In this document: positions 1 to 8,762 of the stretch, piece by piece
How the letters are laid out: each line of letters opens with the position of its first letter
Numbering within the stretch: position 1 is the stretch's first letter
DNA from: Octopus sinensis
Taxonomy: Eukaryota
NCBI RefSeq assembly: GCF_006345805.1
Contig: NW_021824753.1
Coordinates: 1 to 17,704, forward strand
DNA length: 17,704 bases
Reading direction: 5' to 3'
Made by a program: the position numbers and the translations under genes
The notes under the pieces: generated by a model
Told to the model about the DNA's origin: nothing
Seen by the model: the letters and a program-made list of their open reading frames with translations, nothing else
Databases searched by the model: none

Positions 1-54
1 GCTCTGCTGAAAAAAAATAATAACAACCTTCGAAACGATGACGGTAAAAGGGCG

Positions 55-660
55 ACGATGTTGTTGCCGTTACTGATCATGATGATGATGACGACGACGG
101 CGATGACGATGATGGTGATGATGATGACTACGACAATCATTATGACGATGACGACAACGATGATGTTGATGATGACGACGATGATGATAATGACGATGAT
201 AAAGGGCTACGCGGTTGCCGTTACTGATGATGATGATGTTGATGATGATGACGACGAAGACGATGATGATGATGGTAATGGTGATGATGACTACGACAAT
301 GATGATGACGCTGGCGACAACGATGATGATGATGATGATGATGACGACGATGATGATAAGGATGATGATAACGACGACGACTATGATGTTCATGTCGATG
401 GGGCTGGATGTATTCCCTGTGTTAAAAATAAAGAAATAACAGCGAAAATAGCGTTAATGATGTATGCGACGTGACTGATGATGGTGACGGCGTTATTGCT
501 GGTGACGACAACGACAATAACGGCGATGATGATGATGATGATGAAGCAGCGACGACATGATGTTCACGACAGAATTGAAGATGACGCTGATGAGAATAGA
601 GCGATGATAAGAATTATACCAACGACGGAAATACTGCTGAGAATGCTGATTATGATAATC
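55..660. repeat. Degenerate (GAT/GAC/GAY)n trinucleotide repeat region with an internal ~150-160 bp higher-order duplication
   Basis: Runs of gat/gac/gatgat; landmark ttgccgttactgat at 64 and 215, gactacgacaat at 126 and 289. Confidence 0.85.
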
Positions 661-710
661 ATAGAAATAATCATGGCGATATAGATTATCCCTCTTTACT
701 TTTTCACCCC

Positions 711-837
711 CTCTCTCTTATTCTCTCATCCTATCTCTCTCTCTCTCTCTTCGCATAAAATGTACGGGTGCATATACACAATTATTGTATATGCGTATGT
801 ACGCATAAGCACACACACACAACACACACATAATATG

Positions 838-884
<47 letters not shown>

Positions 885-1085
885 TGTGTGTGTGTGTGTA
901 TGTGTGAGTGTTTATATATGTGATGTATATATATATACATTTATAGATAGATAGATAGAATAGATACATAGATGATTGATTGATTGATAGATAGATTCAT
1001 TCATTGATAGATAGAGAGATAGAGAGATGATAATCATGTGAACACGCATATATATATAATATATATAGTGTGTGTGTGTGTGTGC
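711..1085. repeat. Compound microsatellite (CT)n, (CA)n, (TA)n, (TG)n, (GATA/GATT)n
   Basis: Directly visible, e.g. (TA)n ~836-881 and GATA/GATT ~943-1025. Confidence 0.95.
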
Positions 1086-1252
1086 ATATGCTTTTGCACA
1101 TAGTTACGCACCGCGTGCGCACACACACATACGCACCTGATGGCATCGTTTTCAACGATGTTGATAGTCGTTATGACATTAACAATGTTAATAAGTATAC
1201 CGAGAGTCTAGCTTATGAAACTATAATGATGCTAGCAAAAAACAGCGACAAT

Positions 1253-1255
1253 AAC

Positions 1256-1300
<45 letters not shown>

Positions 1301-1340
1301 CAATAATGATAATGATAATAATAATAATAACAATAATAAC

Positions 1341-1376
<36 letters not shown>

Positions 1377-1391
1377 AAGAAGAAGAAGAAG
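1253..1391. repeat. (AAT)n microsatellite followed by (GAA)n
   Basis: Directly visible. Confidence 0.95.
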
Positions 1392-1662
1392 GCTTATATT
1401 AATTTCATATTTTTAGCTGTAAAAAGCCACAAGCGGGCAATGAATCCTGCATCCTCTTTTCTTAATTGCTTCGCATTTTATTGAATTTGAAACTGATATA
1501 CGATAAAACTGACCTGGTTGAGATGAGAACACATAGATAAAAATAAATGAATAAATAAAACGACGGCTACAAAATTTCAACGAACGCCATTTTGTCTAAT
1601 GCAATGTTGTACAAGACACAGTCTTAATGATGTGTTTAGTGATGCAGATAAACTTAATTGCT

Positions 1663-1696
1663 ATAATAATAATGAGGATGATGGTAATGATGAAGA

Positions 1697-1750
<54 letters not shown>
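1663..1750. repeat. (AAT)n microsatellite
   Basis: Directly visible. Confidence 0.95.
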
Positions 1751-1751
<1 letters not shown>

Positions 1752-1918
1752 TGACTGAAGTAACTCCCCAGAAGTTTTACAGAAATAAGTAAAAAAGAGT
1801 GCCATAGTTATCATGTGAAATTGGTTGAACGATATTTCGGCATCTAGTGTGCTTTCCACAGGTTCAAAAATTACATGTCAGTCTACTTTATTTTTTGTTA
1901 AGATTATATAGGACTGAG

Positions 1919-1978
<60 letters not shown>
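1919..1978. repeat. (AAT)n microsatellite, left flank of the 553-bp element
   Basis: Pure aat run ending at aaa|tgccctgg. Confidence 0.95.
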
Positions 1979-1980
<2 letters not shown>

Positions 1981-1981
<1 letters not shown>

Positions 1982-2533
1982 GCCCTGGTGCCAGTACCAG
2001 ACAGTGGCCTCATGGCTTCTGATCTTAACTTGATTGGAAGTGTTATCATGTACATTGTTTGTCTTGGTATAAAAGATGGGCTACAGCAAATATTCTGCTC
2101 AATACCACAGATTTGCTTGTCAGTTGTTTGACCTTAACCAGTTGAGCATGTCCCTTAGTGGCTGACGATATGTGCATCTCTGATCATGAGCAGAAGTAGT
2201 GGTGGAGCATCATAGCCATGTGTTGAGAGGGATTCTTTGGGGTTTGAATAATTCACCTCTGGAAAAAAGTGTTTCGTTCAACATCCTTAAACAACCCTTC
2301 TTCAGGGATCTTTTGAGCAGGGTGGGTTACTCGAGCAGAAGAAAATTCTAACTGGGCCCCACCTGCAAGGTCATGTGCTGTTTATTTTGATATGTGATCA
2401 CTATGTCACGCACATATGGTTGTGATGCATGTGCCTGGTGTACCCTTATCAGACGGGTGGTCATGATGGGTGTACTGGGCTTCGTATATTTTACCCCGGT
2501 GTCACTTTGATGGCATGCACTGCTCTCTCACTC
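1981..2533. mobile_element. 553-bp non-coding interspersed element inserted in an (AAT)n tract; class unresolved
   Basis: Complex sequence with sharp borders against (AAT)n on both sides. Positions 2065-2276 recur as a diverged reverse-complement copy at 13533-13734, which proves it is a repeat. No TIRs, LTRs or Pol III boxes seen. Confidence 0.8.
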
Positions 2534-2540
2534 AATAATA

Positions 2541-2620
<80 letters not shown>

Positions 2621-2635
2621 ATGATAATAATGATA

Positions 2636-2686
<51 letters not shown>
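2534..2686. repeat. (AAT)n microsatellite containing an inverted (TTA)10 segment at 2589-2618
   Basis: Directly visible strand switch aat to tta and back to aat/gat. Confidence 0.95.
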
Positions 2687-3023
2687 GTTAAGAAGGAAGG
2701 CGAAAAGATAGATAAGCACAACCCTCTCTAGTACGAAATAGCCCGGCAATGGAAAATGAAGAAGGTGAAGATAGTGCGAATTATTGTTGGATCCTTGGTA
2801 ACAGTATCAGAAGTCATTAAGGAGAATATAAAAGAAATTGGAATAGAGTGCCCAGTTGAATTGTTACAAAGGTTTTGCCTCCTTAGCAGAGCCAGAATAA
2901 TCAGTAAAGTGTTAAAGAACTGAAAAGAACGGGCAGCGTGGTACCATAGGCTGCAGGTTGCAAGCCCGCTACATATGCAAGACTCTCGGAGCTTCAACAA
3001 AACCTGTGATAAAGAGAAATAAT
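2687..3023 (+). mobile_element. 5'-truncated 3' end of an RLE-type non-LTR retrotransposon (R4/Dong-like), pseudogenised; family A
   Basis: 2687-2923 translates in one frame as VKKEGEKIDKHNPL*YEIARQWKMKKVKIVRIIVGSLVTVSEVIKENIKEIGIECPVELLQRFCLLSRARIISKVLKN*. This matches the K..KY..L / W / hydrophobic-G-x-L / LQ...L...RI..KVL C-terminus of restriction-like endonuclease domains. A ~100-nt 3' UTR ends in aaataata. Confidence 0.75.
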
Positions 3024-3246
3024 AGCAGCGTTGAAATTTTGTCGGAAGGTCAGGAGTTTCGGAGGGGAGGGGGAGTGAAATCGATTAGATTGAACACAGT
3101 GTTCAGCAGGTACTTATTTTCATCGACCCCAGAAGGATGAAAGGTCAATCGACCTCGGTGGAATTTGATCTCCGAACGCAAAGATAGACGGAATGCCGCT
3201 AAGCATTTCATCCGCGGTACTAACGATTCTGGCTGCTCGCTGTCTT
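3018..3246 (-). mobile_element. tRNA-derived SINE family 1, diverged monomer
   Basis: Reverse complement reads aagacagcgagcagccagaatcgttag...atgcttagcggc...gagatcaaattccaccgaggtcga...tttcatccttctggggtcgat, aligning with 5801-5960 and 6561-6775. Confidence 0.85.
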
Positions 3247-3248
3247 GG

Positions 3249-3306
3249 TACTACTACTACTTCTACTACTACTACAACTACTACTACTACTACTACTACT
3301 ACTACC

Positions 3307-3380
<74 letters not shown>

Positions 3381-3398
3381 TGATGATGATGATGATGA
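3249..3398. repeat. Compound (CTA)n-(AAT)n-(GAT)n microsatellite
   Basis: Directly visible. Confidence 0.95.
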
Positions 3399-3400
3399 TT

Positions 3401-3850
3401 TTGGGATTTGATGAGCTCAGAAAATATAAAGATCTGCTGATTGAAATCGAAACAATGTGGCATTTCAAGACGGGTACAATACAAATTATTGTAGGACCAC
3501 TTTGAATGATCAAAAAGGGAACTACAAATTATTTGAGAATGATCCCTGTATTACCATCCATGGAGAAAGTGTAAGAAATTGTCTTTATTGGCACACGACA
3601 CACGTATTGAGAAGAGCATTGTCGCTCTGAATTTTCGTTCGTTTTACCCACTTATTTCCTTTGCGCTTTTTTATTTCCATTTTTCTGGGTTTTTCCCCCT
3701 TCTTTCATCTGCCTTTCTTCCCGCTTGTTTTCTATCACATGAATTTGTAAACGAAAAATGTGGTGTGTTTATTTTAATAGCCTACCAATGAATATGATTT
3801 TGGGAATATACTCGGTAAGAAATGGAAACAGAATTGAAAGAAGTAGGTAA
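3401..3850 (+). mobile_element. 5'-truncated 3' end of a second RLE-type non-LTR retrotransposon (R4/Dong-like), pseudogenised; family B
   Basis: 3407-3595 reads FDELRKYKDLLIEIETMWHFKTGTIQIIVGPL*MIKKGTTNYLRMIPVLPSMEKV*EIVFIGT; after a frameshift 3601-3630 reads HVLRRALSL*. This has the RLE K.KY.DL..EI..MW...I.VG.LG pattern. A pyrimidine-rich 3' UTR ends in a taataacaataat tail at ~3848. Confidence 0.75.
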
Positions 3851-4229
3851 TAACAATAATAACAATGATGGTGATGATGATGACGACGATGACAACTGTT
3901 ATGAAGTTTTTTTGTGGGGGAAGGGGTGCAAGCAAACGGTCAGAACCTAAGATGGGAGAGAGCGCATCCTTCAATAACTGCACTTCTATTGGATTGCTGT
4001 ATAATTATTGCTGCTTTTTTTTCAACGAATTTTATTCAACATAAACAATAACAACATATAACAAAAACATCTTTAAATGATTATTCCGGAGCATATTCAC
4101 CATCTACTTCAATTACTACGTCCCATTTGCTTGGAAGATTGTCAGACCGTCATTTAAAGACGTTTTTTGTTAAATATTATTATTGCTTTTGTCGAATAAA
4201 ATGTGTTGAAAAATGCCGCAATAATAATG

Positions 4230-4370
4230 CACCAACCCAGTAGTTATTATACAGACATCGGTAGAATGAAAGGCAAATATGAAGTCACCCTGGTTTGAAC
4301 TCGGAATGCAAACGATAATCCACTAAAATATTTTCCACTGTTCTAATGATTGTGTCAGCCGACTGACCTT
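4230..4370 (-). mobile_element. SINE family 1, old degenerate copy
   Basis: Reverse complement: aaggtcagtcggctgacacaatcattag ... ccgagttcaaacc ... tttgcctttcattc, matching head, B box and body of family 1. Confidence 0.55.
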
Positions 4371-4440
4371 TATCTTATTCATCACAAGGGCAATGTATCA
4401 ATGGACAGATACAAACTAAGGAATAAATACAAATACCATT

Positions 4441-4610
4441 AGCTGGCAGAATCGTAGCTTGCTGGACACAATGCTTAGCGGTATTTCGTCAGTCTTAACG
4501 TTCTGAGTTCCATTTCCGTTCTGAGTTCCACTTAACGTTCTGAGTTCCACTTCCACTTTGCTTTGCAAGGTTTTGGATCGATAAAATAAGGTCAGTTGTG
4601 TATTGACGTA
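4441..4610 (+). mobile_element. SINE family 1 copy with triplicated B-box segment
   Basis: agctggcagaatcgtagc...atgcttagcggtatttcgtc head; cgttctgagttcca at 4499, 4517 and 4536; body remnant ggatcgataaaataag. Confidence 0.8.
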
Positions 4611-5202
4611 TATGTGACCGACTTATCCCTCACTAAAATTGCTAGCCTTGCACCAAAATTCTAAGCCAATAATTACAAATATGGTGAATGCTCGATTTAA
4701 ACCCATTATGTGAAAGAAAAGAACTATGGAATGATAAACAAGGAAACAACAGACCTAGCAGAAACCAAGGAACACTACAGCATCTGGACATTAAAGATAA
4801 GTCACCGTTACTTAATATACTCAACGTTTTCCAAGAGTAGACTCAGTTCCTCGGAATGTTTCTTGAACAATATCAACAAGAGGAAATACAATAAAACAAA
4901 TACAAATATGATATCGTGGGGAAAGACGACGGCAAGAAGAAAACAAACACGGTAGAAATATAACAAGTCGAAGAGCATATATCAAATAACAGCTGCAACT
5001 ATCAGCATCGTTTTGTAGCATGATAACAATAAGATCAACGAAAAATGTCTCATATAGCAATTGTAGTTCACAATGAAGACATAACAAAGACATTAGAATT
5101 GAATAATATAACATGGAGGATTTTAACAAAGCATGTAGCGTCTTGTCGGTGATTGGAAACGTGCATTGTAGTTAAAACAGACTAGAATTCTAAGTGATAT
5201 AA

Positions 5203-5287
5203 ATACACACACACACACACACACAAACACATACGTGTATGCATTTGTGTATATGTGTGCATATATAAATATGTGCATATGTATATG

Positions 5288-5318
<31 letters not shown>

Positions 5319-5341
5319 GCATATCTGTATGTCCGTATATA

Positions 5342-5379
<38 letters not shown>

Positions 5380-5452
5380 CACATATATATATACATATAT
5401 ATATACATATATATACATATACATATATAAATATATGTGTGTGTGTGTGTGT
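5203..5452. repeat. Compound (CA)/(TA)/(TG)n microsatellite
   Basis: Directly visible. Confidence 0.95.
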
Positions 5453-5502
5453 TTGTTGTATATACATTTATTTGTTTTGTTTAAATAATTTATATTCTGC
5501 TC

Positions 5503-5578
5503 ATATTATTGTTATTGCTGTCATCATCATCGTCATCGACATCACCATCGTCATCATCATCATCATCCTCATCACCAC
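5503..5578. repeat. (TCA/TCG)n degenerate trinucleotide repeat
   Basis: Directly visible. Confidence 0.9.
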
Positions 5579-5579
5579 T

Positions 5580-5800
5580 AAGGTGGCGAGGTAGCACGTT
5601 AAAGCACTGAACAATGTAGAGTCGTGTTTCTTCCGATTCAATAAAAGTCTGCTGAACTGGAATTTGTTCTTCATCCTTTCGAGATGGATAAAAATAAGAA
5701 GCAGCAATGTCATGGGGGGTCAATGTAATCATCTTGCTCCCCATCTCTCGCATTCCCTGACCTTATGCCAAAAATTAAAGCTATCATTATCATAATTATC
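5580..5800 (+). mobile_element. SINE family 1, old degenerate monomer
   Basis: taaggtggcgag head; ttcatcctttcgagatggataaaaataag and ggggtcaatgtaatc body; gaccttatgccaaaaatt 3' end; atcattatcataattatc tail. Confidence 0.6.
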
Positions 5801-6560
5801 AAGGCGGCGAGCTGGCAGAAACGTTAGCACGCCGGGCGAAATGCTTAGCGGTATTTCGTCTGCCGTTACGTTGTGAGTTCAAATTCCGCCGAGGTCGACT
5901 TTGCCTTTCATCCTTTCGGGGTCGATAAATTAAGAACCAGTTACGCACTGGGGTCGATGTAATCGACTTAATACCTATGTCTGTCCCTTCTGTGTTTAGC
6001 CCCTTGTGGGTAATAAAGAAATAGGTATTTCGTCTGCAGTTACGTTCTGAGTCCAAATTCTGCCGAGGTCGACTTTGCCTTTCATCCTTTCGGAGTCGAT
6101 TAAATAAGTACCAGTTACGCACTGGGCTCGATATAATCGACTAAATCCGTTTGTCTGTCCTTGTTTGTCCTCTCTGTGTTTAGCCCCTTGTGAGTAGTAA
6201 AGAAATAGGTATTTCGTCTGCCGTTACGTTCTGAGTTCAAATTCCGCCGAGGTCGACTTTACCCTTCATCCTTTCGGGGTCGATAAATTAAGTACCAGTT
6301 ACACACTGGGTCGATGTAATCGACTTAATCCGTTTGTATGTTCTTGTTTGTCCCCTCTGTGTGTAGCCCCTTGCGGGTAGTAAAGAAATAGGTATTTCGT
6401 CCACCTTGATGTTCTGAGCTTGCCTTTCATCGTCGACTTTGCCTTTCATTCTCTCTGGGTCGATAAATTAAGTTCGACTGAAATACTGGGTCGATGTAAT
6501 CGACTAGTCCCTTCCTACCAAATTTCAGGCCTTGTGCCGTTAGTGGAATGGATTATTATT
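5801..6560 (+). mobile_element. Composite SINE family 1: tRNA-like head + 3 internal ~180-bp units + terminal unit
   Basis: A-box-like tggcagaaacgttag at 5813 and B-box-like gagttcaaattcc at 5875. ggtatttcgtc recurs at 5850, 6024, 6208 and 6391 (periods 174, 184, 183). The last unit ends in the monomer-type tail aaatttcaggccttgtgcc...ggattattatt. Confidence 0.9.
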
Positions 6561-6774
6561 AAGGTAGTGAGCTGACAGAATCGTTAGCATGCCAGGCGAA
6601 ATGCTTCGCAGCATTTCGTTTGCCACTACCTTCTGAGTTCAAATTCCACCGAGGTCGACTTCGCCTTCTATCCTTTCAGGGTCGATAAACTAAGTACCAG
6701 TTGAGCATTAAGTTTTATGTAATCGACTAGTCCTCTCCCCCAAAATTTCAGGCCTTGTAACTATAGCAGAATGG

Positions 6775-6818
<44 letters not shown>
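6561..6818 (+). mobile_element. SINE family 1 monomer with (ATT)n tail
   Basis: aaggtagtgagctgacagaatcgttagc head, gagttcaaattcc B box, shared body, (ATT)n at 6775-6818. Confidence 0.9.
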
Positions 6819-6930
6819 GCATGGGTGACTACTAGCCTTCCACAAACAATCTTGCTCTGACCTGTGCCTCGGAGTGTAATTTTCTAGGTGTAGTTCCATA
6901 GTCATTCATGACTGAAGGGAGTCTCCTCCT
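6819..6930 (+). mobile_element. Possible 3' end of a LINE-related interspersed repeat
   Basis: Recalled resemblance only (ctaggtgtagttccatagtcattcatgactgaaggg) to a common octopus repeat terminus; no second copy in the window. Confidence 0.3.
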
Positions 6931-7380
6931 CCTATTATAACGAATGCTAAAACTGAGTTGATAGGATTATTAAATCGTCGGACAAAAGGTTTCTTGGTAC
7001 ATGTCCCGGCGCTTTCGATTCTTTTCAAATCTGGCGTTAGTCATCCTTCCATCTAATTTTTTTCACGTCGAGAAGAATGAAATATCAATGCAGTATAATG
7101 GAAGGGATGTAAATTCGAAATTTCTGATTTTGGAAAATGATTATTTGGAAAGGTTGTTAAAGTATTCGATGAAATTTGTTGATATCTGACGATGAAACAT
7201 TGGGTTCCATATTCATATCCAGACGAAAGGGCCATTTTATTTTATCTCTCTTTGCTTCTTGAAATAAAGCTAACACTCAGGGAAAGGATTGATATAAGCG
7301 GCAAAAGCTTAACTCAGAATATATGTATTTTTTGAATTTACTAGAAATTATTAAAATACTTTAATACTAAAAATATAAAA

Positions 7381-7772
7381 ATATTCTTTTCTACTCTAGG
7401 CACAAGGACCGAAATTTTGGGGGATGAGGCTAGTCGATTAGATCAATCCCGGTACACAATTGGTACTTAATTTATCAACCCCGAAAGGATGAAAGGCAAA
7501 GTCTACCTCGGCGGAATTTGAAACAGAACTTAAAGACAGACGAAATACCTATTTCACAAGGGGCTAAACACAGAGGAAACAAACAAGGACAGACAAACGG
7601 ATTAAGTCGATAATATCGAGCCCAGTGCGTAACTGGTACTTATTTAATCGACCCCGAAAAGATGAAATGCAAAGTCGACCTCGGCAGAATTTGAACTCAG
7701 AACGTAGCGGCTGACGAAATACTGCTAACCATCTCGCCCGGCGTGCTAACGTTTCTGCCAGTTTGACGCCTT
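7381..7772 (-). mobile_element. Composite SINE family 1: head + 1 internal unit + terminal unit
   Basis: Reverse complement: aaggcgtcaaactggcagaaacgttagcacgccgggcga head, one internal unit with the ttaatccgtttgtctgtcc...tttagccccttgtgaaatag linker, second gtatttcgtc, then terminal tail cccccaaaatttcggtccttgtgcc. Confidence 0.9.
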
Positions 7773-7799
7773 AAAAATCTTAAAATATTAACAGAAACA

Positions 7800-7903
7800 G
7801 AAAGAATGGAGAGACAGACAGAACATGAGGGAGAAAGAGAAAGAAAGAGAGTGAGAAAGAGAGGATGAAAGAAAGAGAGAGAGAGGGAGAAAGAAAGAGA
7901 GAG
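7800..7903. repeat. Purine-rich (GA)/(GAAA)n low-complexity tract
   Basis: Directly visible. Confidence 0.85.
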
Positions 7904-8220
7904 ATATTTTATTTGTTGGCTTAAAAAGCTACGTAAGGAATTCAAAGTCAAGAGTGACAAGTATTATCACTTCTCGTTGCACGTTATTCAGGTACCTTAG
8001 GCTGATTGGAATTAATAACAATCATGTGTAACGGTGCAGCAGAAAAGGAAGTTTAAACCAATGCCCAACACTAGCACAAAAAACAAACAAACAAACAATA
8101 GAATAAAATGATTAAAGGAACTGGTATTGGTAGGAATTCTGCGAAGACGGAAACATAACTGGTTTCTAAAAATATGAAACATCACTGTATTTTCGTATGT
8201 TTCTATTTATATACTTGTGC

Positions 8221-8419
8221 TTTGAGCCTGCATTTGCTCCCCCAGCGGCGCTTGAAAGCCTGTAGAGGCCTGCTTACGTAGCTGTATCGTAGCAGTTCGA
8301 CACGAGAGAATGGTCATTGATAGAACACAAAGATATTAATAATAAGTGATGGAGGCGATTTGTTCTACTAATTTCCTGAAGGTGATGCCTCCGCATGGTA
8401 AAACCAATGACTGAAACAA
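8221..8419 (+). mobile_element. SINE family 3, degenerate 3' portion
   Basis: aatgactgaaacaa (8406-8419) is the exact reverse complement of 10811-10824; upstream aataag...gatttgttctacta...gcatgg also aligns with the 10801-10938 copy. Confidence 0.55.
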
Positions 8420-8422
8420 TTC

Positions 8423-8439
8423 ATATATATATATATATC

Positions 8440-8488
<49 letters not shown>
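8423..8488. repeat. (TA)n microsatellite
   Basis: Directly visible. Confidence 0.95.
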
Positions 8489-8492
<4 letters not shown>

Positions 8493-8664
8493 TAGCCCCA
8501 CATTTCCTAAAGTGTCGAGGGCATAGGACTCAACCACCTCATCCCATAGGCCATGTATGTAGATAGATAGATAGATTTAATTAAGGTGACTTCAGAAAGC
8601 GGATTGGAACGTTACATCAGTTCAGTGTCGTTCATAAAGAACATTTAATCCATTGCAATGCAAC

Positions 8665-8758
<94 letters not shown>
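8665..8758. repeat. (CTAT)n tetranucleotide microsatellite, ~23 units
   Basis: Directly visible pure run. Confidence 0.95.

Positions 8759-8762
<4 letters not shown>

Noticed and set aside
58-474. 138-aa Met/Thr/Asp-rich ORF resembling an acidic biomineralisation protein
   Set aside because: Composition switches from Met/Thr to Asp at a frame slip in a GAT repeat; it is a translation of the microsatellite, with no signal peptide or splice evidence.
2255-2310. Second hammerhead-like pattern on minus in the 553-bp element (CTGAAGA...CGAAAC)
   Set aside because: No convincing stem II or stem I pairing around the boxes.
4880-5160. Possible APE endonuclease remnant (KYKYDIVG ... MEDFNK ... VIG)
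   Set aside because: Motifs need frame changes, spacing is shorter than in real APE domains and the matches are short; a profile search would be required.
5850-6560. CRISPR-like regular repeat array
   Set aside because: Units are ~180 bp of near-identical SINE sequence with no unique spacers; eukaryotic context, no cas genes.
7095-7140. Kinase-like FEISDFGK motif on + strand
   Set aside because: Immediately followed by a stop; no HRD or other kinase motifs and no splice context.
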